Made by a program: the position numbers and the translations under genes
Part shown: one piece after another, positions 35,849 through 45,219 of the stretch
How positions within the stretch are numbered: position 1 is the first letter of the stretch
How the letters are laid out: each line of letters begins with the position of its first letter
Source: a virus
Direction: 5' to 3' (one strand)
Virus record (IMG/VR): IMGVR_UViG_3300047160_010630
Span: 1-64,000 of that record
Length of the DNA: 64,000 nucleotides
Notes under the pieces: generated by a model
The model's database searches: none
What the model was told of the DNA's origin: nothing
The model's input: the letters and a program-made list of their open reading frames with translations, nothing else

Positions 35849-36949
35849 ATGCAGAACGAAGCGAAGAAGCAGCGTCGGACTACCCCAGCGGACCGGGAGG
35901 AGATGGTCCGGATGTACGCCTCCGGCGCATCCACGACGGTCATCTCCCGGACGCTGGGGTTCTCCGAGCCATCGATCAACTACCAGCTCAGGAAGGCTGG
36001 CGTAACTCTGCGCTCGCCTCGGGAGCAGTCTTCACAGACCCCGCAGCATGTCGAAGATCAGATCATCGACATGTACATGGCCGGAGTGTTGTGGCCGGAT
36101 ATCGTCGCGGAGACCGGCGGTCCCACGTCCGAGAAGACCCTGTACAACATCCTCAAGCGTCGCGGTCTGCCTCCTCAGCGCTATCAGAGCCTGACCCCGG
36201 ACGACCGCGAGGAGCTGGTGTCCCTGTTCACTCAGGGTGACAGCTACGAGGCAATCTCGAAGACTATGGAACTCCCTGAACGGTACGTGCGACATTTCTT
36301 CAGGGAGGACGAGCCGTCGGTCTTCCGGGACATCGACACCCCCGAGAAGGCTTACTGGCTTGGATTCATCACCGCCGACGGAACCATCGTCGGGATTCGA
36401 CCGGGAAACCTTCGCGTCGAAGTCACCCTAAAGGGTTCGGACAGCGAGCATTTGGAGAATCTGAACAGATTCACGAGTAATACTCGTGACCTTAAGCACT
36501 ATGAGGCTGAGACGATCTCCGAAGGTGTTCGTCCCTACGCCAGGTTCGTCGTGTCTAATAGGGCTGTCGTAGCGGATCTGCTACGAGGCGGTGTACACCC
36601 CAACAAAACTGGACGTGAGAAGCCCTGGGATGGTCCTGAGCATCTGATGCGCCACTACTGGCGAGGGGTTATCGACGGTGACGGATCGATCTACGACTCC
36701 CACAGGAGCCCTACCCCGAGCGTAGTGCTTGTCGGGTCCGAGGATCTGTGTTCCGCCTTCTTGCTGTGGGCCAACAAGGTTTGTGGTACGAAAACTAGGG
36801 TCCAGACTGATCTTCGCAGCCCTAATCACTACAGGGCTTCCGTGGGCGGTAACCGGCAGGTTCAAGAACTGGTCCACGAGCTGTACCGCGACTGCGACAC
36901 GTTCCTCCGGCGCAAGATGGGCCGTGCTCAGCGGATCTGTAAATTCTGA
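35849..36949 (+). CDS. free-standing LAGLIDADG homing endonuclease with N-terminal HTHs
   Basis: AYWLGFITADG and YWRGVIDGDG; TGTACA-N17-TAGACT promoter suggests a leaderless mRNA. Confidence 0.9.
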   Translation: MQNEAKKQRRTTPADREEMVRMYASGASTTVISRTLGFSEPSINYQLRKAGVTLRSPREQSSQTPQHVEDQIIDMYMAGVLWPDIVAETGGPTSEKTLYNILKRRGLPPQRYQSLTPDDREELVSLFTQGDSYEAISKTMELPERYVRHFFREDEPSVFRDIDTPEKAYWLGFITADGTIVGIRPGNLRVEVTLKGSDSEHLENLNRFTSNTRDLKHYEAETISEGVRPYARFVVSNRAVVADLLRGGVHPNKTGREKPWDGPEHLMRHYWRGVIDGDGSIYDSHRSPTPSVVLVGSEDLCSAFLLWANKVCGTKTRVQTDLRSPNHYRASVGGNRQVQELVHELYRDCDTFLRRKMGRAQRICKF

Positions 36950-36968
36950 TGCTCAACTAGGAGAAAAC

Positions 36969-37319
36969 ATGGCCCTCTACAGCGCCACGCTTCAGACCAC
37001 TAACGTCGGCACCGCCGCCATTGCGGTGCTCAATCCGGGTGCTGCTCCGTACGGCAACGGAACGATCGCGACCCTCGTCGGTCCGATCAAGGATCCGATC
37101 ATCACGAACACCGGCCAGGCCACCGTCTTCCTCGGTCAGTCCGGCGTCACCGCCGCTCTCGGCCTCCCGCTCGCTCCGGGTGCCAGCATCACCTACAACG
37201 GCTTCACCACGCCGGTCTCGGTCACGGGCAACACCGGTCAGTCGCTGTTCGCCATCTGCGCCTCCGGAACCAGTTCGACCGTCCTCTGCGGTCCGGCGAC
37301 CGTCAACGCCAACGTCTGA
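36969..37319 (+). CDS. small virion protein
   Basis: RBS AGGAG; similar to 37340 (GQSxVTAxxGLPLxPG). Confidence 0.8.
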   Translation: MALYSATLQTTNVGTAAIAVLNPGAAPYGNGTIATLVGPIKDPIITNTGQATVFLGQSGVTAALGLPLAPGASITYNGFTTPVSVTGNTGQSLFAICASGTSSTVLCGPATVNANV

Positions 37320-37339
37320 TCACCGAGAAGGAGGCCAGG

Positions 37340-37618
37340 GTGGCGCAGAATGCCCCACTGAACCAGAAGGTCGGGAACGTGGTCGGCACGACCGCCACCC
37401 TGGTCTACCGGCCCGTGGGATCCAACGATTCCGTCACGCTCATCAACGAGGGCCGGGACACCGCCTACATCGGCCAGTCGGCGGTGACAGCTACCACCGG
37501 CTTGCCGCTGGTCCCCGGGGACCGGCTCACGATTCAGCGGGTGCCGTTCCCGATCTACGCGGTGGGATTCGCCAGTTCAGGTGCTCCATTCGTCAGCGTC
37601 GTTGCAGGTGTGAGATAA
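37340..37618 (+). CDS. small virion protein
   Basis: Paralog of 36969. Confidence 0.8.
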   Translation: MAQNAPLNQKVGNVVGTTATLVYRPVGSNDSVTLINEGRDTAYIGQSAVTATTGLPLVPGDRLTIQRVPFPIYAVGFASSGAPFVSVVAGVR

Positions 37619-37631
37619 GGTGAGGTGACGT

Positions 37632-38309
37632 ATGACTACGCCGAATTCTATCGGACTTCGCTCCGGAGTACTTCAGCCGCCCGGAACGGCCTTCGATCAG
37701 GCCAATCCGGTCTTTGACGGGCCGGTCACCTTCACCAGCAACAGCTCGCTCACCGTCGATGGCAACATGGTCGTCAACGGTACGTACAACGTGCCGTCTC
37801 TCACGCTGAATCAGCCGACCGTCAACGGTGGAACGATCACCAATTCCGCTTTCAATAGCGGGATCACTCTCGCCCCCGGTTCTTCCGTGTCCTACAACGG
37901 GGCCATCTCCACGGGAACGAATGGGGTGGTCGCTGAAGCCTTCGGGGCCGGTGGACCGGCCGCCACTGAAGCGCAGATTGTGTTGGGTGGAGCGTGCCCC
38001 CCGGGGTCGACCATCACCTCGGTAAGTGGTCATGACCTAGGGGGCAGCTTTACCATTCGCGCTACGTCCGCAAGTGGGACGCCGGGTGGCGCCATTTTCA
38101 CGTTCACGTTCTCCAGCCCCATGCCCTCTGTCCCCAAGGCGATCTATCTATCGTCTTTCGATCTCTCCTCAAACACTTCGTACGTAAGCTCGATCTTCGA
38201 TTCCACAAGATCGATCGTTTCCACGACTGGGTACACCCTGGACAGCATCAACGGGGGGTTCTTCGGAAGCGGTCGTCTCTGGTCCTTCTACTATATGGTC
38301 CTTTTTTAG
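37632..38309 (+). CDS. Ser/Thr/Gly-rich virion protein A
   Basis: Paralog of 39607. Confidence 0.8.
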   Translation: MTTPNSIGLRSGVLQPPGTAFDQANPVFDGPVTFTSNSSLTVDGNMVVNGTYNVPSLTLNQPTVNGGTITNSAFNSGITLAPGSSVSYNGAISTGTNGVVAEAFGAGGPAATEAQIVLGGACPPGSTITSVSGHDLGGSFTIRATSASGTPGGAIFTFTFSSPMPSVPKAIYLSSFDLSSNTSYVSSIFDSTRSIVSTTGYTLDSINGGFFGSGRLWSFYYMVLF

Positions 38310-38324
38310 GAGGGGTGTGGCCTC

Positions 38325-38948
38325 ATGTCTCTTCAGGGAAGAACGCCACCGCCTGGCGTAAGGTCCATCCAGTCGGGAGTGGTCTTCGACGCACCGGCGG
38401 TAATTGAGTCCACCGGTGCTCTGGTGTACAACGGCGACCTTACGTCCACCACGCCAGTGACGCAGACCGGCGGTGTCTTTTCCGGATCCACGTCTAACGC
38501 AACGGTCAACGGCGTAACCACGGTCAACTCTGCGCAGTTCAACACGACCTTCCCGACGCTTCCGGCAGGAAACCTCACTGTAGGCAGCTTGACCTCTCGG
38601 TACATTGTCGGATCTGGAACGCCTACTCTGACGCTGGGGGTAGCTTGGGCGACCGGGTCGACTATCACGTCGTCAACACTTACAGATCTTTGGGGGAGCT
38701 TCACAGGAACTGCCGCTGCTAACTCTACTGCTACGGGCAACTCCTCAGCGTTCACCGTGACGTTCTCGTCAGCACTTCCGTCAGCACCTGTGTCGGCTTT
38801 CGCGTACGGGGCTAGCACAAATGGCACCGCTGGGTTCTGGGTCAAGGTCGGTTCTCTCTCCACCACCTCCGTGACGTTCAACTCGGTGAACAATACCCGG
38901 TTCATCAGCTCCGCAGTTTACAACTTCAATTATTTCATCTTCCTGTAG
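38325..38948 (+). CDS. Ser/Thr/Gly-rich virion protein B
   Basis: Paralog of 40285. Confidence 0.8.
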   Translation: MSLQGRTPPPGVRSIQSGVVFDAPAVIESTGALVYNGDLTSTTPVTQTGGVFSGSTSNATVNGVTTVNSAQFNTTFPTLPAGNLTVGSLTSRYIVGSGTPTLTLGVAWATGSTITSSTLTDLWGSFTGTAAANSTATGNSSAFTVTFSSALPSAPVSAFAYGASTNGTAGFWVKVGSLSTTSVTFNSVNNTRFISSAVYNFNYFIFL

Positions 38949-38952
38949 GAGG

Positions 38953-39597
38953 GTGGCTGTGGTCTCTATTCCCGGCACGGCGGCAGGCCCTGGGACCGTC
39001 TTTGTGCAGTCCTCGGTCGTGTTCGACGATACCGTTACGTTCTCCAAGGGTTCTGACGTTACGTTCATCGGACCCCTGTTGCCTAGAGGGGGCATCACCG
39101 CCAACGGGCCTGTGAACAGCTCGGGCCCTGTCGTCCTCAACCAGCCCATCATGGCGGGGAACACCACCCTCACCAACAACACGTACGCGGGCACGACGAC
39201 GGTGTCCCCTTCCGCCACACTGTCCGTGGAAGGACTTACGACCCGTTATCTGCAAGGACCCGCTGCCGCAGTTCCCACCATCACCTTGGGTCCGGGATTC
39301 TCGCCGGGGTCCACGATTACCTCGTTCACGGGGCACGACACGGCAGGAAATTTCACCGTATCGATCCCCACCACCAGCACTGTGCCAGCGAATTCAACCC
39401 TATTCACCATTACTTTCTCCCAAGCGCTGGCCGCCGCCCCGTCGATATTTTTCCTTACTATAGTGTACAACACAAACACGCTCGGCGGATATTACATCCC
39501 AGAGACCCTCACAGCTGGATCCGCATCCTTCATCTCGTCCGGTGGCACCTCTTTCAATAACGGCACAGTCAATATCTACTACGCCTTCCTTCTGTGA
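38953..39597 (+). CDS. Ser/Thr/Gly-rich virion protein C
   Basis: Paralog of 40924. Confidence 0.8.
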   Translation: MAVVSIPGTAAGPGTVFVQSSVVFDDTVTFSKGSDVTFIGPLLPRGGITANGPVNSSGPVVLNQPIMAGNTTLTNNTYAGTTTVSPSATLSVEGLTTRYLQGPAAAVPTITLGPGFSPGSTITSFTGHDTAGNFTVSIPTTSTVPANSTLFTITFSQALAAAPSIFFLTIVYNTNTLGGYYIPETLTAGSASFISSGGTSFNNGTVNIYYAFLL

Positions 39598-39606
39598 GGT
39601 CGGGAG

Positions 39607-40281
39607 ATGCCGACACCTAGTCCCGCCCTGCCTCCCGGTATTTCGGCGCCTCCGGGTACCACCCTGGTCACGTCGCCGCACTACTTCGACGGTCCGGTCC
39701 TGGTCACAGCTGACGCCTCATTCACCGTGAACGGACCCACGGTCGTCAACGGCGCGTACACCACGACGACGACGGCCACAACCCTCGCTCCCGAGTACCG
39801 TGGTGCCACGCTCAACACGCCCACGCTCATCGACGGGGTCATCTTTCTCGAAAACACATCGACGAGCTTCGACGGCACCATCGATCTAGGCACCCAGGGC
39901 GCGTTCGCGCGGCACTTCAAGGGCGGGGGACCGGCTGCCACCACATCCCAGGTAAGTCTGGGAACCGCCTTCGCGGCGGGGTCGACGGTCAACACCGTCA
40001 CCGGTACCGATCTGAACGGTAGGATTCAGGTCACCTCGGCCACCGGGACCACCCCACCTGGTGCCGTCACCGCCTTCACGTTCACGTTCTCCAGCCCGCT
40101 GCCGTCAGCTCCGAGGGCCATCATGGTCAAGTCGTACAACACCACGACGCAGAGCAGTCCGTTCAGTCTGCTACAGACGTTCACCGCGTCCTCGACCAGC
40201 ATCATCGTAAACGCGATTCCCAGCTACAGCTACAGCAGCAGTGTGGCGCAATGGACGTTCTTCTACCTGTTCCTCCTCTAG
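39607..40281 (+). CDS. Ser/Thr/Gly-rich virion protein A'
   Basis: GGPAAT and FTFTFSSP shared with A. Confidence 0.8.
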   Translation: MPTPSPALPPGISAPPGTTLVTSPHYFDGPVLVTADASFTVNGPTVVNGAYTTTTTATTLAPEYRGATLNTPTLIDGVIFLENTSTSFDGTIDLGTQGAFARHFKGGGPAATTSQVSLGTAFAAGSTVNTVTGTDLNGRIQVTSATGTTPPGAVTAFTFTFSSPLPSAPRAIMVKSYNTTTQSSPFSLLQTFTASSTSIIVNAIPSYSYSSSVAQWTFFYLFLL

Positions 40282-40284
40282 GGC

Positions 40285-40920
40285 GTGGTCATGGCGTATC
40301 AGAGCTTCCAGGGGAGGCAGCCGGAGCCCGGCGCGTCCACGACCGCCGCCCCCACGATCTTCAACAACTCCGTGGTCATCTCAACCAATGGCTCCCTCAC
40401 GTGCAACGGTGACGTGAACGCGGCGATCAGCCAGGTGACCACCGGCTCGGTCATCACCGGCACCCAGACGAACCTGATGCTCACGGGCCCGACACGCGTC
40501 TCCTCGGCTACCTTCAGTACGGCGTTCCCGACCTTTCCGTCAGAGGACCTGGTCACCACCGGTGGCATCGTCACCCGATTCCTCGTGGGAAGCGGCACCC
40601 CGAGTGTCACCCTCGGTACTGCCTTCTCCAACAACGCCAGCGTCTCCGGCACATCGACCCTCACCGATCTGTGGGGCAGGGTCAACATCGCCACCACCGG
40701 TGTTGGCGGGGTCGCCAACGGCACCGGCCTGCGGGTGACGTTCTCGGCACCACTGCCCACGGCCCCCGTAGCTGCGATCTCCTACGCGTCCAGCGGCTCG
40801 GCTGCGGGCGATTGGCACGTCGCCGGTGACATGACCACCACCTACGTGCAGTTCAACGCCGTCAACGGGCAGATCTTCAAGCAGAACAGCTTCTCGTTCA
40901 ACTACTTCATCTTCCTGTAG
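40285..40920 (+). CDS. Ser/Thr/Gly-rich virion protein B'
   Basis: GSGTP, TLTDLWG and FNYFIFL shared with B. Confidence 0.8.
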   Translation: MVMAYQSFQGRQPEPGASTTAAPTIFNNSVVISTNGSLTCNGDVNAAISQVTTGSVITGTQTNLMLTGPTRVSSATFSTAFPTFPSEDLVTTGGIVTRFLVGSGTPSVTLGTAFSNNASVSGTSTLTDLWGRVNIATTGVGGVANGTGLRVTFSAPLPTAPVAAISYASSGSAAGDWHVAGDMTTTYVQFNAVNGQIFKQNSFSFNYFIFL

Positions 40921-40923
40921 GGG

Positions 40924-41568
40924 GTGCCGGTCGCCGTGGCCTCGAACTTCTCCGGACTATCCGCCCCACCCGGCAGCAGCCTCGTGGATTCGAAGACGCT
41001 GTTCGACAACGCGGTGACGTTCACCGTCACCGCTCCGGCGACGTTCATCGGTCCGCTGAACACACCCGGCGGGATCACCCTGAACGGTCCGACGAGCAAC
41101 ACGAACGTGGGGGTCATCAGCAACGCCCTCCTCACCAACGGTACGACTGTCAACAACGGCGTGTTCAACGGTGACACGGTGGTCCAGGACAATGTCACGT
41201 TCACCACCAACGGCTTGCGTAGCCGGTACATCGAGATCAACTCGATGCTGCCGACCATCAACCTGGGGAACGCGTTCGGGTTGGGTTCCACCGTTACCAA
41301 TATGATCGGGCACGATCTGGCCGGTAGCTTCACGGTCTCCGCCACGAACGGCGCCGCAGTGGCGGGTGGAGAGCTCTTCACCGTCCTCTTCTCCTCGACG
41401 CTTCCCGGTGTTCCGGTGACCGTACTCGTTCAGGGATATTCGGGGACGACATCCGGATCGTGGTTCTATCCCAGCACGACCAGTGACACGTTCGCCACAG
41501 TTCTGGCGACCTCGGGGACGACGCTGACCAACGGCACGTACACCATCCACTACGTCTTTCTCCTGTAG
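40924..41568 (+). CDS. Ser/Thr/Gly-rich virion protein C'
   Basis: GHDxAGxFTVS and YxFLL shared with C. Confidence 0.8.
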   Translation: MPVAVASNFSGLSAPPGSSLVDSKTLFDNAVTFTVTAPATFIGPLNTPGGITLNGPTSNTNVGVISNALLTNGTTVNNGVFNGDTVVQDNVTFTTNGLRSRYIEINSMLPTINLGNAFGLGSTVTNMIGHDLAGSFTVSATNGAAVAGGELFTVLFSSTLPGVPVTVLVQGYSGTTSGSWFYPSTTSDTFATVLATSGTTLTNGTYTIHYVFLL

Positions 41569-41577
41569 GGTGATGCT

Positions 41578-41865
41578 ATGAGTACGAAGGTTCAGCTTCC
41601 ACCCGGTTGTTACGGCTTCGACTGCAAGGACGGTACAAAGTACACCGGCCGTCCGGGCGGTTCGGTCACCGTTTCCGACCGTCATGCGAAGGCCCTCAAC
41701 CAGAGCCAGTTCGGCGGGGATGCCAACCTGGTGGGAAATGTCGGCCGGGTGTCGTTCGGCACGAAGAAGACCCGGGTGTGCGCACCGTGCGGTGGGCGCC
41801 GGTGGAATGCCTGGAACGAGACCTGCCCGAGGTGTGGGGAGCCCTGCGAACTCGTGGAGGACTGA
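41578..41865 (+). CDS. zinc-ribbon protein
   Basis: CAPC...CPRCG. Confidence 0.75.
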   Translation: MSTKVQLPPGCYGFDCKDGTKYTGRPGGSVTVSDRHAKALNQSQFGGDANLVGNVGRVSFGTKKTRVCAPCGGRRWNAWNETCPRCGEPCELVED

Positions 41866-42149
41866 TGGGCATCAGCGTCTTCCAGGCGCAGGCACCGGCG
41901 GCAGCTGTCGGCGTGGCTGTCAAGCTGTGCGACCTCCCACCGGGACCGGCGACGATCGTTCTGTCCGCCGACGACATCGGTGCGGTAGTCGGCACTCACG
42001 CGGATGTTGTACCGGCCACGGGAGCGATCATCACACCGTCAAGCCCGTTGGTGTTCGAGGTGGCACGCGGCTCGATCGAACACTCCCTGTACGTCATCGG
42101 GCGGACCGTCGGTGGAGCTGTGTCGGCCATCGTCTCCACACCCAACTGA
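41865..42149 (+). CDS. small virion protein (STPN family 1)
   Basis: MGI..., VKLxDLPxGP, ends STPN. Confidence 0.8.
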   Translation: MGISVFQAQAPAAAVGVAVKLCDLPPGPATIVLSADDIGAVVGTHADVVPATGAIITPSSPLVFEVARGSIEHSLYVIGRTVGGAVSAIVSTPN

Positions 42150-42158
42150 GAGGTCGCC

Positions 42159-42452
42159 ATGGGAATTCGTGTCTATCAGGTGGGAGTTCCTGATAACACC
42201 TCCGGCACCGTTCCGGCCGTCAAGCTGGTTGATCTACCGGTGGGCCCCGCGTCGATCGCTCTATCCATCGACGATACGTCAGCGGTGTGCGTCGGCACGA
42301 ACTCAGATGTGAACAGGTTGACTGGGGCGATCATCACACCGAGTTCTCCCATCTACATCTCGATATACCCTGGATCGGCCAGGCAGACGCTCTACGCGGT
42401 GTCTCGCGGAGGGCCCGGAGCGGTATCCGCGATCATCTCTACCCCGAACTGA
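42159..42452 (+). CDS. small virion protein (STPN family 2)
   Basis: Paralog. Confidence 0.8.
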   Translation: MGIRVYQVGVPDNTSGTVPAVKLVDLPVGPASIALSIDDTSAVCVGTNSDVNRLTGAIITPSSPIYISIYPGSARQTLYAVSRGGPGAVSAIISTPN

Positions 42453-42466
42453 GCTGCGGAGGAATT

Positions 42467-42778
42467 GTGGGTATCCGAGTCGCTCAGGTCACCAATCCAC
42501 CGGCCACGCCACCGGCTGTCAAGCTGATCGATCTACCGCCCGGTCCTGGGTACGTTGTCATAGCCAATGAGGGCTCGATCGTGGGTGGCGTGTCCTACGG
42601 CGTCCACCCGGATCTGCAACCGGCTGGCGCAACTTCCGGGGGCGGAGCGGTGATCCCTCCGAACTCTTCCGTCAGTTTCCTTCTGTACCCCGGAGGATCC
42701 GGGCAGACGTTGTACATCATCGCCAACGGTGCGGCTACCAATGCTTCTGTGTCCGTCACGGTGTCCACCCCCAACTGA
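42467..42778 (+). CDS. small virion protein (STPN family 3)
   Basis: RBS GGAGG, GTG at 42467; paralog. Confidence 0.8.
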   Translation: MGIRVAQVTNPPATPPAVKLIDLPPGPGYVVIANEGSIVGGVSYGVHPDLQPAGATSGGGAVIPPNSSVSFLLYPGGSGQTLYIIANGAATNASVSVTVSTPN

Positions 42779-42821
42779 CCGCTGACGCTGCGCGCCGAAC
42801 GATACTAAGGACAGATAATTC

Positions 42822-43562
42822 GTGACCGTAATTACTCCGGGCTCGCTCACCAAGGTTGTCGATTCGGTAACCGTTCCCGCAGGGGCGACTAATTTCGTTC
42901 TTGCGGAGTTCGAGTTCCCCTCTGCCTCGGCTGACTTTGTGTACCAGGTTCAGATGTCCGAGGCTCCGCACAATGTCGGCAGTCTCCTCCTCACGGCCAG
43001 CGGAAGTGTTGATCGAGTCAACTACTTCGGTCCCGTGAACAACAGCGGCGTGTACCTGTCCAACACCTCGGTAGAGTTGTCGGGTGAGATCAGAGGGCTG
43101 TACCAGAGTTTTCAGTTTCTGATCAGCAACCCGGATACGATCGACCACGTCCTCAACGTCTGGGTCCTGGGGTCCCCGTCCGCGTCCGCCGGACCGGTCG
43201 CCCCCGCCCCGGTCACCCTCTACACGGAGTCGCCGACCGCCCGGACGTCCAGCGGCGCCAGCAACGCCTTCACGTGGCCCAGCGGCGTCTCCCAGGTGTT
43301 CGTCGGGGTCAACGTCACCGCGTTCGCCAGGGCGCCGCACGACGCGCTCACCGTCACGCTCCAGCAGGAGGACGCCAACGGCGTGTTCCAGGACATCGGA
43401 AGCAGCGCCGAGATCAACGAGACCGGGACGACCGTCTTCTCCGTCGGGACGGGGCTGGACAACGGTCAGATGATCGTGGCCGGAGGCACCTACCGGTTCC
43501 TCTGGACCGTCGCAGGAAGTCCGTCCGCCTTGTCGTTCCAGGTCGGTATCACCGGGCGCTGA
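42822..43562 (+). CDS. beta-rich virion protein
   Basis: RBS AAGGA. Confidence 0.75.
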   Translation: MTVITPGSLTKVVDSVTVPAGATNFVLAEFEFPSASADFVYQVQMSEAPHNVGSLLLTASGSVDRVNYFGPVNNSGVYLSNTSVELSGEIRGLYQSFQFLISNPDTIDHVLNVWVLGSPSASAGPVAPAPVTLYTESPTARTSSGASNAFTWPSGVSQVFVGVNVTAFARAPHDALTVTLQQEDANGVFQDIGSSAEINETGTTVFSVGTGLDNGQMIVAGGTYRFLWTVAGSPSALSFQVGITGR

Positions 43563-43592
43563 AAACGCCCATCAATTAACAAGGAGACGCAT

Positions 43593-44210
43593 ATGACCGT
43601 GCATTCCCGCAGCGATGTTGTTGCGGTGACCATTTCTCCGGCGCACGGAGGCTGCGGACGCGTTCACAGCCGACCCGTCGTCGCGGGAGCACCGGCCCGC
43701 CTCTGGGCCCTGGACTGTGCGGACGGCTGCGAGGACGTGCTGCGGCACGACCCTCTGTGGGCGCCCACGGTCACCACCATTCCCGAGACCCCGGACGAGG
43801 CCGCCACCCGCGAGGACGCCGAGAAGCGCGGCCAGATCGAGCAGGCCAAGAACACGACGGCCGCGCTCCAGGATCTCGCCAACCTCAAGGATCTTCCGCA
43901 GGCGCTGAGCCAGGCGCTGCTGGTCGCGTTCGGCGGCCAGAACCCGCAGGCCGTGGAGGAGCCCCAACTCCTCTGCAAGAACGGGCACGCGAACAAGCCG
44001 ACCGGCCGTTTCTGTGCCGAGTGCGGCACCTCTCTCAAGGAGCCGGTGAGCGCGACCGGCACGGACAATGCTCCGGCCGACGACGCCGCTCCCGACCTTG
44101 AGTCGATGAGCATCAACGAGCTTCGAGAACTTGCCAAGAGTATGGGTGTGAAGACCGCCCGCTCCAAGGACGATCAGATCACCGCTATCCGGGATTCTCT
44201 CGGCAAGTAG
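43593..44210 (+). CDS. protein with zinc ribbon and C-terminal Rho-N/HeH-like domain
   Basis: FCAECG; LESMSINELRELAKSMGV...KDDQITAI. Confidence 0.8.
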   Translation: MTVHSRSDVVAVTISPAHGGCGRVHSRPVVAGAPARLWALDCADGCEDVLRHDPLWAPTVTTIPETPDEAATREDAEKRGQIEQAKNTTAALQDLANLKDLPQALSQALLVAFGGQNPQAVEEPQLLCKNGHANKPTGRFCAECGTSLKEPVSATGTDNAPADDAAPDLESMSINELRELAKSMGVKTARSKDDQITAIRDSLGK

Positions 44211-44235
44211 CCGAGGTCCCTGACGGGAGGTCGGC

Positions 44236-44388
44236 ATGGCACGAGGACGACACACTTGCACGTTGTGTTGTCGACGAAGTCGTCCTCCCGTCAATCATTG
44301 CGCAGACTGCGGGCAACCGTTCTGCGACCGGCACGGAACCTGGTCGGAAGACCGGTGGGTCTGTTTGAGATGTACACGTCGAAAGTGA
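44236..44388 (+). CDS. 50-aa Cys-rich zinc finger
   Basis: RBS GGAGG; CTLC, CADC, CDRH, CLRC. Confidence 0.6.
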   Translation: MARGRHTCTLCCRRSRPPVNHCADCGQPFCDRHGTWSEDRWVCLRCTRRK

Positions 44389-44418
44389 TGCACATAAAAA
44401 CTGTGCTATCATAACCTT

Positions 44419-45192
44419 ATGGTTGATCGTGCGTGCTCTTTTCCTGAGTGCAGCAGGCCGCACAAGGGTCGGGGTTACTGTCAGAGCCATCTGAAGATGG
44501 TGCGCAACGGGGTCCCTCTGCGGCCTATAAGGGATCAAGTCGTCAGAAATAGCTATACCTACGATCACGAATTCTTCTCTTCTGTAAACACAGAAGAGAA
44601 GGCTTACTGGCTGGGGTTCATTACCGCTGACGGATGTATTTCGGATACCGGTGATAGCAGGTTTCTCAGCATTAGGCTTCAAGACAGGGACCATGACCAT
44701 CTCGTCAAATTTTGTCGGTCTCTGAAATCTAACCGCCCGGTCCTTCGGTCTCCGGGCGTGTCCTATATGTCTGTGAGCTCTCGCCAAATAATTGATGATC
44801 TCATCTCCCTGGGGGTCACTCCGAGAAAGAGCCTTACGGCCGCTCCGTGGTCATCTGCTTCTCCGGAGTTGGCACGGCACTATATCCGGGGATTGTTCGA
44901 CGGGGACGGGTTCCTTCACAGGGAGAAGCGGGGCGGCTGGGCAGCAGGATTCGGATCGGGCAGACGGCTATTGGTAGAATTCTTCGCCGCGTACGGGATT
45001 ATCGCAACTGGGTCTACTGCAAAAATTCGAACAGCTTTCACCTCGGCGGGCAACGAATTCTTCGACTGGCGCGTGAACGGTGTCAAGGTAACCGGCAATC
45101 TGATCTCCTGGTTGTATAAGGACACGTCGATGTATTTGGATCGAAAAAAGTCCTTGGCAGACGAACTTATTGGTTCCCAGGAGCCCGATTAG
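44419..45192 (+). CDS. free-standing LAGLIDADG homing endonuclease
   Basis: AYWLGFITADG and YIRGLFDGDG; low GC. Confidence 0.9.
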   Translation: MVDRACSFPECSRPHKGRGYCQSHLKMVRNGVPLRPIRDQVVRNSYTYDHEFFSSVNTEEKAYWLGFITADGCISDTGDSRFLSIRLQDRDHDHLVKFCRSLKSNRPVLRSPGVSYMSVSSRQIIDDLISLGVTPRKSLTAAPWSSASPELARHYIRGLFDGDGFLHREKRGGWAAGFGSGRRLLVEFFAAYGIIATGSTAKIRTAFTSAGNEFFDWRVNGVKVTGNLISWLYKDTSMYLDRKKSLADELIGSQEPD

Positions 45193-45219
45193 TACCACCT
45201 TTAGGGGGTGATTCATACA

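Noticed and set aside
35807-36960. Introns around the LAGLIDADG genes (also 44419-45192)
   Set aside because: Flanking genes have their own stops and starts, and no P7 motifs are visible
37632-41568. Diversity-generating retroelement or invertible fibre cassette
   Set aside because: No reverse transcriptase, recombinase or near-identical TR/VR pair seen in the window
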